Shown: piece by piece, positions 53,197 to 64,000 of the stretch
Layout: every line of letters begins with the position of its first letter
Numbering within the stretch: the stretch's first letter is position 1
From: Octopus sinensis
Taxonomy: Eukaryota
DNA length: 64,000 nucleotides
Assembly: GCF_006345805.1 (NCBI RefSeq)
Contig: NC_043005.1
Location: 89,528,001-89,592,000, forward strand
Reading direction: 5' to 3'
The notes under the pieces: generated by a model
What the model was told of the DNA's origin: nothing
Seen by the model: the letters and a program-made list of their open reading frames with translations, nothing else
Database searches by the model: none
Position numbers and translations under genes: made by a program

Positions 53197-53538
53197 CTAG
53201 CACTAGTGTATATTGCCGGGTCATAGTGCTAGTGCATGCATATACAGCTGCGTGCGTGTGCACATACACGCGAGTACTGTCCAAATCTCCGACCAATCAC
53301 ATACAGCTAGCTGGCATTCAATTGGCGTATCAAGTTTCGGGCATTTTGATTGTCACAAAAAAGTCACTTCTATTGATTTTTTAATGGCTTTGCAGGATGA
53401 CTGGGGAAATGAAGATGTGCACGGCCACCCTTGGACGGTTTTGAATGACCATAGAAAGTGCAAGCCCTCTAACTGAAAAATTGTGGATTTGTATAAAGGA
53501 CACACACACAGACATACATTTTGCCGTTTATATATAGA
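53197..53538 (-). mobile_element. Short non-autonomous Helitron
   Basis: 5' TCTATATATAAACGGCA closely matching the 13593-14158 element; 3' inverted repeat ACTAGCACTA/TAGTGCTAGT ending CTAG|T; embedded in (TA)n. Confidence 0.75.
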
Positions 53539-53595
53539 AATATATATATATCTATATAAACCCCCCCCCCTCAACACACACACGACACACACATA

Positions 53596-53810
53596 CCTGG
53601 TTGGCATGTGAAGCAGCATTTGTGAAATAAGCTTTTCAATCGATTTAAATGTTTGAGACCTGTTTGGTCTGTAAAAAGACCTAAAATGAGAATTTTTCTC
53701 TTTGATGAATCATGGTGAAAATGGGCTTTTTTACAGGTTAATTATGTCCAAAATGTATTTGAATTGATTGAAAAGTTTATTTCACAGAACTACTTAACAT
53801 ATCAACCTTG
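53596..53810. mobile_element. Tc1/mariner-type MITE
   Basis: ~50-bp imperfect TIRs (tgtgaaataagcttttcaatc / gattgaaaagtttatttcaca) flanked by TA on both sides. Confidence 0.7.
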
Positions 53811-54835
53811 TATTTTGTTCTAGCAAGCTGTGTGCTGCTTCTGTTCCAATGTGTTTTAATTTGCAACAATTTGGGATGTGCAGTGAAATGCAAAAAGGTA
53901 ATATGAGTATCCGTCAACTGCCACTAGAAGGTATGGGTTTCAAAATACCGTCTGGTTGCCAAAAAAGTCCAGTTCCGTAACCTGAGTAGTTTAATATAGG
54001 TATAGTGGGCTAAAATAAAAAAACATAAAATGGGGGGAAGACAGAAAATTAGGAAAAAAAAAGATTTAGATTGGGATTTGGAACACGATCAGTTATGAAC
54101 ATCCTTTGTGGAAAACAAAAGATTTTTTTTTTATATTCAGTAATGGCAGTAATCTATTTACACTTACAAGATAACAATTATTGTCAATCTGTTGAAAAAA
54201 TCTGGTCGAGTAGAGCAGCAGATTTGAATTATGGAATTTGCATATATTTCCTCTTTTCTAAGTCAGTAGAAAATATCAAAATTATACAGAGGGAATTTCA
54301 TTTGCTATTTGTACTATTTTGTCATAAGATTTATCAAACTAGACACTTTCTTGGAATTTAATGGGGACAAAATGTCTCCCTAGAAAGTAATGTCTTTTTC
54401 ATTTTCGCATTCATGCCAACAACTCCTCTCAGACTAAGTCCTTCTTCTTCAATTCTTGACTCGATAAGCCATTCTGCTCTAATAAACTGACACCTTAATG
54501 AATATTGTCCATTTCCTTTTTTGTAGAGGGAATTTTAAGGTATTTAAGAAGCAGCAACTAATCAGGAGCCAGTGTTTTTAATGCCATAACCAGGAAAATT
54601 GATGCGTGTTTTACCATAAACTCATTTTTACTAGAAAGACAAGTAAGATCTTGGACATGACAGAGATGCTTGAAGATTTATTTCTTGATCTTCTGTGAAG
54701 TTAGTACATACAGATGCCATCTATATATGATGAGCAGGTAGATTGGAGATTATTCTGTAAGATAATTTAATCAATCACTTGTTGAAAACCTACTCCAATG
54801 TCTGTAAGACTAAATGGTAAAAGACAGGTCTTATA

Positions 54836-56192
54836 CGAGGGGCGTTCAATAAGTAATGCCCCTGACCCACTTCCCATAGCAGTAGAGCAACGAAACTTTG
54901 CACAGTTATTAGTCTTTCTCTACATAGGAACCACCCAGAGTTACTCATTTCTCCCATCGTTTGATGCAGCTCTGGAGACCGTATTTTTTAGAAGACCCAG
55001 CTTGGTCCTCCAACCACGACGTGACTTCAGAAATCAAGGCTGCATCATCTGGGAAACGCTTTCCTTTCAAAAACAACTTCATGGCTGGAAAGAGGTGAAA
55101 ATCAGAGGGTGCAAGGTCAGGAGAGTAGGGGAGATGGGGGAGGAGTTCATAGCCGCACGCCTGTGCTTCTGATCTGGCGACAAGCGAGTTGTGGACCGGA
55201 GCGTTGTCCTGCAGGAGGAGGATGTCTTTGCTGATCTTGCCCCGCCTCTTGATTTTGATAGTTTCTCTTAATTTCCTCAAAAGTGAAGCATAATAGGCTC
55301 CTGTAATTGTGGTACCCTTTGCCAAGAAATCTGTTATCAATACTCCGTCCTGGTCCCAGAAGACTGTGAGCATGACCTTGCCAGTGGAGGGCTCACCCTT
55401 GCCTTCTTTGGAGGAGGTGAGTCACGGTGCTTCCATTGCATTGACTGGGCTTTGGTCTCTGGATCATAGTGATGGACCCAGGTTTCATCCTGTGTAATCA
55501 GTCTTTTGAAAAATTTTGACTCATCTTCAAATGGCGGTGCCCCAGCATGGCCACAGCTCATGAGCTGAAACTAGAATCAATCAATCAATCTTCTTGGCAC
55601 ATCTCCAAATTCCTCCTCGAGCACTCGACGCGTTCTTGCTTCTGGAAAGGTGTGAGCAACCTGGGAATCCATCTGGCAGACACCTTTTGCATATGCAAAT
55701 GGTCATGAATAGTTTCCACAGACCCGGTACTAATCTTGACCTCGTGGGCTATTTGGCGAATAGTTATGCGCCGATCTTCCAAAATGGCAGCCTCAACTTG
55801 ACAGACAGATACCTCATCAATTGCAGAAGGGGGGGGGCGACCAGATCTGGGAGCTGTTTCCACCGAGTTCCGACCATGTTTGAATTCACGATGCCAGCGT
55901 TTTACAAGGTCATATGATGGGGCATCATTACCATAAGTTACTTTCATTTCATCAAAAGTCTCTCGTGGTGTGCGTCCTTTCATATACAAAAACCAGATCA
56001 CTGCTCGACACTCAACAGGCTCCATTTCACACTTGACTCAGTTCAAACACCTGTAAATCAGAAACCCCAATTAGTTCAGAGCTGTAATTTACCACCTACT
56101 CTATAGAGATATAAATAATTGCACACGCAAAATTTCAGCTAGATCAAACAGCGGCAAGTGGGTCAGGGGCATTACTTATTGAATGCCCCTCG
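54836..56192 (-). mobile_element. Second copy of the same mariner family, interrupted by a short retroposed insert
   Basis: Same 37-bp TIRs (one mismatch in the right TIR), TA TSDs. ORFs 55585-56025 and 54945-55373 with WIPRLL, DNAPVH and YSPDLAPSDFHLF; QDETWVHHYDPE in ORF 55337-55561. Confidence 0.96.
55529..55587 (+). mobile_element. 59-bp 5'-truncated SINE/LINE 3' end inserted in the mariner
   Basis: Absent from the 15554-16790 copy; flanked by ATCTTC duplication (55523-55528, 55588-55593); GGTGCCCCAGCATGGCC matches the SINE family A tail; ends in (ATCA)n. Confidence 0.9.
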
Positions 56193-57539
56193 TATACTGA
56201 TGCAGTGGTTCAAAGATGTGGATAGTAATTTGAGGATAGTCTTTGATTGCCAATGGTAGTTAATACATACATTTCATATCAACTTTGTTAAAATGTAAAC
56301 ACCGCAATATGATGTATTTTAACTCCTCAATGACAGACACTGGGAAGCCATCAAGAGTTACGACTGATTGATATTTAAAGGAATCAATAATGAGGTAGCT
56401 TGTGTTGGTGCCATTTGAAGAGTCCATGGTAATTTAGTTGGTTCTGTGATGGTTTCATAGATTTGATAGTTTATTTCTTGTCTTATGAATTTTCAGCCAT
56501 CTACAGAATATATTTGAGATGGTGGAGCAATAGATTTTGCAATGGAAGTGAAATTAATGAAAGGTGTAAACAGGTGAAATATTTAAACTTAAATATCACT
56601 GAAGAATATAGGTTTTAAATTTTGGCTCTAGGCCATAAATTTCAGGGGAGGAGATAAGTTGATTACATTGACCCCCCCTCCTCATCCCCCAGTGTTCAAC
56701 TGGTACTTATTTTATCAACCCTGAAAGGATGAAAGGCAAAGTCAACCTTTGCGGAAATTTGAACTCAGAATGTAAAGACGGCCGAAATGCTGCTAAGCAT
56801 TTTGTCTGGTGTGCTAATCATTCTGCCAGCTTACTGTCCTAATCACTGAAGAATATTGAGACATGAAACTCTGTTCAAGAAGTGATTGTGCGACTAACAA
56901 AGATTACTGATTGTATAACTAATGAGGATTGCTGTTTGTACAAGTTTTTAGCAGGCCAAATATCAACCCTTACATATTTTTGTAATTCAGGAACAGTGTC
57001 TTTGAATGGACTACCAATTCTGCACAGAAATACCAACTGTGATAAAGTTATCAGTAGAGTCATTGTCAACTAAAATTTGTATTAATTGATTGTTAATTAC
57101 AATGTTAATGAGTGCACAGAACAAATGATATTCCAATAAAGCTGAAAATAACCTAAAGTTGGTATTGGAGATTGGTTTATTACCATTCTTTATAATGGCA
57201 TCCTGTAGGTTTATTACATGTCTTTCACATTTAGGAAACAAGAAATCATTTCTTCTTCCACTTGTGACACATCTCTTCCTGGACATTTTCAACAATCATC
57301 TTTATACTCTTCACAAAAAATAAATGAAAATAAAAAACCAATTCTGAAAAGCAACAGATAAATTAGCTTTTTGTTCCATGTCCTCTTTTGTAACCGTAAT
57401 AATCCTTACAATGATGTCTTGATAATAAAATGCCAACATCCAATGGAGCCAAGTCTAATTCTCTGGCTTGTGACATAGCAGTTTCCATGTCCATTGTTTC
57501 GTTTTCAAGTAGTCTGAATCTTTATGTTGTTTAAGTGAA

Positions 57540-57880
57540 GATGCATGACTTAAGTGGTTTGGGCATTTGTCTTGTGATTGTAAAGTTGTGGGTTTGAGAC
57601 CCAGCAGTGCATTGTGTAAATCATCCAAGAAGTGATAGAGCAAGGCACTTTATCTCCCGTTGCTGCCCCAGTCCACTCAGCCGGCAAAAATGAGTTGTAC
57701 CAGTAATTCAAAGGGGCCAGACTTGTCACATTCTGTGTTACACTGAATCTCCCTGAGAACAATAAAATGGGTACACATATCTGTGGAGTACTCAGCCACT
57801 TGCACATTAATTTCGTGAGTAGGCTGTTCTGTTGATCAGATCAACTGGAACTCTCGGCATCTTAACCAACAGAGTGCCAC
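57540..57880 (+). mobile_element. CORE-type tRNA SINE (related head ~2410-2560)
   Basis: tRNA-like head then gagcaaggcactttatctc...ccagtccactcagc...aaatgag, resembling the CORE domain. Confidence 0.55.
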
Positions 57881-57882
57881 TA

Positions 57883-58281
57883 GTTATTCAGAACTAACAG
57901 CACCCATTTTGAATCTTTCATATACATTTCAAACAACACTACATGAGAGTTATATTCCTTAGCTATGAGTTTTAAGGCTCGAAGACTTTAATTTAGAGGT
58001 TCTCTTAGCTATTGTTTTTAAGATAGAAGTTTTTGTCATCTCTGGTTTCATGTAGCTAGCCTTCAGGCATGTATTGTGTCGTTATTCCAGAACTAACAGC
58101 CACCCATTTTGAATCTTTCATATACATTTCAAACAACACTACATGAGAGTTATATTCCTTAGCTATGAGTTTTAAGGCTCGAAGACTTTAATTTAGAGGT
58201 TCTCTTAGCTATTGTTTTTAAGATAGAAGTTTATGTCATCTCTGGTTTCATGTAGCTATCCTTCAGGCAGTTTATTGTGTC
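57883..58281. repeat. ~198-bp tandem duplication (2 copies)
   Basis: 57883-58080 repeated at 58081-58281 with a few 1-bp indels and substitutions. Confidence 0.95.
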
Positions 58282-58297
58282 CTTGTAATTATCAAAG

Positions 58298-58436
58298 TTT
58301 ATGGGAATGAGTAAGCCATCAAGGTGAGAAATACTGACAAGAGAATGTCTAGTATGAGGAAGGGCTTTTATGGGAATGAGTAAGCCATCAAGGTGAGAAA
58401 TACTGACAAGAGAATGTCTAGTATGAGGAAGGGCTT
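58298..58436. repeat. Perfect 69-bp tandem duplication
   Basis: tttatgggaatgagtaagcc...tgaggaagggct repeated with period 69. Confidence 0.95.
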
Positions 58437-58547
58437 CCATTTGTTAGAAACCCTGCCAAAGCTGACATTGATGACCAATGCCATTGTCAGGCAAATCAGA
58501 TCCAGTCAAATCATCTAACCTAAACCAGCATGGAAGATGGACATTAA

Positions 58548-58767
58548 CCCTTTAGTGTTCAGATTACTCTGTTAAACGTAATACTTTTTCACTCAAATTG
58601 TTTTCAATTAGTCATGCATTATCTTATAGCTTTGAGTTTTCAATGACATGATTGTTAATTTTTAGAATGTCATTGTAGGTTAGGTGTGAGAGGCTAGAAA
58701 TGGCCAGTTTGAATATAAAACATGTAGAATATTTGGGTCGGATATGGCCGGTTTAAACACTAAAGGG
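58548..58767. mobile_element. piggyBac-type MITE (related partial copies ~17370-17555, ~36475-36678)
   Basis: TTAA|CCCTTTAGTGTT ... AACACTAAAGGG|TTAA; inserted at the TTAA of a family C tail (ggacaTTAA|atgatga). Confidence 0.88.
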
Positions 58768-61700
58768 TTAAATGATGATATGTAACAAGTGTTTGAATTC
58801 CAAAGAGGCTGACACAGATTGTGAAGGAACTGTATAAACTTGTGTAGGGCCATAGCCCTGGTCTTGTTTGATTTGATGAATAAACTGTTATAAAGAAATC
58901 ATGAAAAGGAATCTGTATACTACTAACTTTATTCAATGAATAATGCTACAATTTAACATTCGGCTTGAGCAAGGAAGAGCGCATGTCCTTCACGTGATAC
59001 AGCAATTATCGAAAAAATATAGAATGACAATTTCAATAATTAAAAACTAATTTTATCTTTGCCATTTCTTATTCCAACTTGTAATTTTATCTTTGACAGT
59101 TTTTACCATCTTTCGTTGAAAACACTTCCATCATTTAACTTTTTCACAGACTAAGCAATGGTTCCTTAGTCTTCTACTTAGTCTAAATAAATAAATGAAT
59201 AATTAAATGCACCACATTTTTTTCTTCTTCTTGATAATGAACAATTGGTCCTCTGATTCCTTCCACCCAGCAGTGCATTCTAAAGAAGGTCACACACCAT
59301 ATATGTAAATAGTTTTAATGCATTGAAATAGAATTACAACATTCCATAAATATTCTTTGGGATTGCCACATTTCAAAAAAATACCTCAGTCACTTTGATT
59401 GTATTTCATTAAGTAAAAAAAGTGAAGTTTTATAATACTCTGGCTCACAAATATATTGGAAGTTTAACGATGAACCTATTCTAATTATTTATTTACTTAT
59501 CATCCTTGGCCTTTCTTTGTCTTTGTAAACCCTATGCATATTCTGCTGGTGCTTCTTTCTTTCTTTCTTTCAGTACCATCTTCTTGCTGTCTTAGATCTA
59601 TTTTTTTCCATCTCGGTTTTCTCACCAGTTCATAATGAGTGATCCAAGTAAAATTTATTCTGGCCACTTTGTAGAAGCAGTCTGTCCACTTGATAAACAT
59701 GTCTATGTAATCCACAAAAGTAGACAGCTGTATGTGATGTTTTTCATTTAGTATGGAAGACATAACAAACCTGCAGTATTTAAATAATTCTTGACAAAGA
59801 CGAATATGTAATCCTCTCTTTGTCCTTATATGTAAAATAGAAATAAAATACACTTAAGGGTCAGTGTTTTATCTCTGGTTTGAAGTGGATAAATATCGTC
59901 CTGGGTAGGATAGACAACACTCTCAGATGATCTTGTGTCTATTCTCATCATTTTAGTCAACTGAAGCAATGAAGAATAAAGCATTGTACCCTCAAAATAC
60001 CAGCACCAGCTTTGAAATCATGTCCCAAGAGCGAATAGTCTAAAATATTATCTGCTTTGTCATTAAATTTCTATAAGCCCTTGGTCTCTGTACATCTATA
60101 TCACTTCCAAAAAATGATGACATTCTAAAGACCAGGTTTCCTATTTGGCATTTGAAGGCATTTTAGGATTGATCCATTGTTAATTCCTGATGAAGCTCAA
60201 GAAAGACTTGTAATGGAGGGCCTCTAACATCTCCAGCCATTAACTTGCATGTGATCTCTATCATCTCTTGTCATAACCATGTCTCCCCCTCTGCATTAAT
60301 ATCTCTACCTAAAGGCTGACTTTATGTACTTGTTTCTCTTCTCCCTATTGTCTCTGACCTCCCAGATGCTACATAATCCCACACTAATTGATATCGCCAA
60401 GAATTCTTCTTTAGTCCTGCAACCCCCTGAAATTCCTTCTTTTCCTATATTTTCCCTACAGATATTAACCCACCACAATAGCACCAAACTGAACATCAGC
60501 TACATTGATTTAACCAATCAGAAATATCAGAGGTGAATCCCATCAACCTCTTGCTAATAATTAAAACTAAAAACTAAATTGGTAATGTTTTTATGGTTAA
60601 GGGAAAAATAATTTCTCTCCTCTTTCTGGGTCCTTTGTGTCCTTTTGGTAATGAACTTATCAGAAATCACTTCTCCTACCCAAGCCATCTTCTTCATACC
60701 CTAACTTCTAAAAGTCTGATTTAACCCCTCAACCCCAAGTTATCTAGATTCCATCTTCATACTGTCTACTCTTAAATACTAACAGGCAATATTTTTATAT
60801 CTTTGGTCTCAGTTTGGATTTAGTTTTTAATGTGGATGTCTCATTTGTCTCCTCTTGGTGGCACCTCAGTTCTGTGGTGTCACATGGAAACTGGACAATG
60901 ACATCTTCAAAATCCATTTTTTTCACTAAATTATTGCAATGCTTAGTGTTGCAGTAAAGATTGGAACTGGACATCTTTCATACTTTTTTTTTTTTTTTGA
61001 TAAATACCATGAAATTCATCATATTTTATTTTGGTAGAACTTTATGGTTCTGAGTTCAACTGCTGTTGCTGTTGATTTAGTGACTAGGCAATTGGTAAAA
61101 TATAATACCAATAATTCTCTTGGGGTGTCATGTTTTTAGTCATGTTTTAGTTAGCAGCTGAGGAATGCTGCTTTTTCAGATCATATCTGGAATGCATTGT
61201 TTCAAAGCATAATATCCTGTATGAGTCCTCAAAATAAATAAAGTTAAAAAAAAAGAAACAAAAAAAAAAAGAAACCATGCTGGATAATGGTACAGGCTTG
61301 GCTCTATTTAAGAAGCCTGCTTTGTAACCATCTGGTTTCATGTACATTCCTTTTTTTGTTCACTTGACATTGGGCATATATATATATATATATATTGTTA
61401 TCGCCATATTAATATGGCATTCTTATAGATATAATATGGCGATAACAATTAATTTCCAGTAAACGCTGCCGTAATCTCTTTTATAGAGACTTAGTAATTT
61501 TAATATTTCTATTATATATATATATATATATATATATGTCTGTCTGTCTGTCTCTGCGTGCCTTTGTGTTTGTTTCCCCCACTGCTTGACAACCAGTATT
61601 GGTTTGTTTACATCCTTGTAATTTGGCAAAAGAGACTGGTAGAATTAGGACCAGACTTAAAAAACTAAGTCCTGAGGTCATTTTGTTCAGCTAAACCCTT

Positions 61701-63111
61701 TTGAGGCAATGCCCCAGCATGGCCACCATTCAATGACTGGAATAAGTAAAAGATAAAATATGAAGTTTAATCTGAAAATTTGATCAAATATAAAATGGAA
61801 AGAGTTTACTTCTTTGGCAAGAGGCAAAAACCTGAGAGAATGGGTTGAAGGAGCTGTTCCACTGGAGAGATTTTTTTGGTTTCCATTGTATTTTGTGGAA
61901 GTTTACTTTGGCAAAATGGTAATACAAAGAACCCTCTTTCTGTCACTCTTTACCCTTCCCCTATCTTCTGCTCTCTTCATCCTCTTCTGTTTGTCTTTTC
62001 CTTTCATCTTCTAGTTGCTTACCATACATGTTTTCCATCACCAAATAACCGCCCCCCTCATGGGTTTCCTATGGCTCAGCTGAGGCTAATCTACACTGAC
62101 AAACTCAAGGCCCTAATGGTATTAGCCATGGGGATCTGCTGGTGAAAGTTCTAGAAATATCAAGATGGCTGTTTGTGTAATGGTGGCTCTGTCTCATTCT
62201 GAAGCAGAAGCCAATGTTATGTTGTTGCAGTTGCTAATATGGATGGTGCTGTCGATAATATTATCATTATTAAAAGCAGCAAGCTGGCAGAATCGTTAGC
62301 TGGAGAAAATAATTAGCAGCATTTCACCCGTCTTTACATTGAGAGTTCAAAAAATGCTACCGAGGGTTGACTTTACCTTTCCTTCTGCTGGGGTGGGGGT
62401 TGAGAAAATAATAACCTGTTGAGCACACTGGAGGTAATCTAATGAAGTAACTTCCTTCCCTCCCCAATTTCAGGCCTTGTGCCTATAATAGAAAGGGTTA
62501 TTATGAGTCTTACTATTGGAAGGAGATTGTCCATGAAACTAACCCTACTTATATCATGGCATTCTGACACCATTCTCTGAATAGCTTTGTTGTCATTAAC
62601 ATTGTGATTAATTAATGCTTAATTACATGTCATTTAATTGGGACAAAATAGCTGCTGCTGAATGTGTAAACTGAAAGATATTTATAACAATTATTTTATT
62701 TGATAGGGTTTATGGATGTATGAGTAAGTGATTAAAAGGTTCACAGGGTTTTAGGTTCAATGCTATTGTGGACTACCCACAGGAAGTCTCTTCTGCCATG
62801 GCATTTAGTTGACCAAAGCTGGGTAATTTGGCACTGTAGAAAGTCTTCTGCTGGAACGTACCAGCTTTGTTGTCAATTGAATAGGCTTGAAGATTACCTT
62901 TGGGTAATCCCTCTCCATATATGCTCACACATACACAGATTATCTGGGATTTGAAGTCACAGTTTCATCCTAATGAAGCTACCTTAAGTTAAAAGTTGAA
63001 GTTTCTTTGGCTGACTCAACCAGTTAGACCATAATAAAACTCATGGTTCCATTGACTGACCAACAGGAATCCATACTACTGACCTTTTCATTAATTAGGC
63101 AGAAGCATTAA

Positions 63112-63321
63112 CCCTTTCATTACCAACCTGGCTGAAACCGGCTCTAGCTCCGAGTACAAATGTCTTGTTTTGAATTGAAATCTTCCACCAAACCTTAGTC
63201 ACAATTTATGTTCTTATCACTAGCTTAATGATAACTAAGTTATTTTACTAAATTCTTTGTTATATTTAAAGTAATTGAAAGAAATACTGAGCATCTCAAA
63301 ATAAATACAGTAACGAAAGGG
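63112..63321. mobile_element. piggyBac-type MITE, second family (related fragments ~45535-45720, ~36300-36420, ~17570-17640)
   Basis: TTAA|CCCTTTCATTAC ... GTAACGAAAGGG|TTAA. Confidence 0.85.
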
Positions 63322-64000
63322 TTAAAGCACTAAAAAACCACTCGGGCTTCTGTTGTGTCCCTGTTATGTTCTGAGTTCAATCCCTGTTGGATTTCATTTT
63401 TGTCTTTTACAGTGTCGCAGTTGATAAAACAAGCATCACTTATCAGATTCTGCACAATCAGATTCTACCTGCCATAAAAATTTGTTCTGTGCTCTTGTCA
63501 AAACATTTTATGTCCTTAGTTTAAATCCCACAGGAATTAACTTGACCTTTCACTCTTCCTGGATTAATAAAACAATACTAGTTATATACTGGGATCAATC
63601 TGGGTTAATTATACCTTTTCTCTACAAATTTGTGGTTTTATGCCTATGCCAGAAACCATTATCGGGATAGTTGATTCCGTACCATTGGAGTGAGCTGTAC
63701 AAAATGTTTTGTGGAGATCATTATCTCAAAGTTTTATCTTCAGGACGGAACTGGAAAGAGATAAAAATATAGGTTATACAGTGTCAGAGTGGACCTTAAG
63801 GCAAAAGTTCAGAAGACATGAGTGGAGGGACATAATAAGGAGGTGTGGGTGTGTAGGGGTTGCTAGACAATATTTTTCTTGATATATATATATATGTGTA
63901 TTTGTGGTGAGACAGAACCTCTTGGCAATGTGAGAATATATGTGCATGTATTAGGTGTGGGGCATATATATCACCGTGACCGACCAAGCTATCAGATGTT

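Noticed and set aside
59500-59853. 117-aa minus-strand ORF
   Set aside because: No recognisable motif or splice context.
60186-60212. CTGATGAAGCTCAAGAAAG
   Set aside because: No stem II complement and no stem I.

Overview
AT-rich, repeat-saturated eukaryotic DNA, almost all intronic. The SINE/LINE families look like those of an octopod cephalopod (inference from repeat content). The only host coding sequence I can support is two phase-0 exons of a formin-like gene (FMNL/FRL, N-terminal GTPase-binding region) on the + strand: 17106-17189 and 41240-41341, 24,050 bp apart. I did not find the first coding exon or the next constitutive exon in the window. The introns contain two TIR-complete mariner copies, an IR/DR Tc1-like fossil, two non-autonomous Helitrons, piggyBac/hAT/Tc1 MITEs, RTE, R4/Dong and CR1/L2-type LINE fragments, and several SINE families, often nested or arrayed. 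Top leads: (1) a candidate 18-nt in-frame microexon (FTWIFQ, 50066-50083) plus tandem splice donors on the upstream exon; (2) Penelope-like repeats with minimal hammerhead-ribozyme folds, two of which flank the 102-nt exon in inverted orientation; (3) a sense-strand pre-miRNA-like hairpin at 19640-19751; (4) SINE arrays apparently built by targeting (TAA)n. Most ORFs in the supplied track are spurious microsatellite/SINE read-throughs. Boundaries of decayed repeats are approximate.
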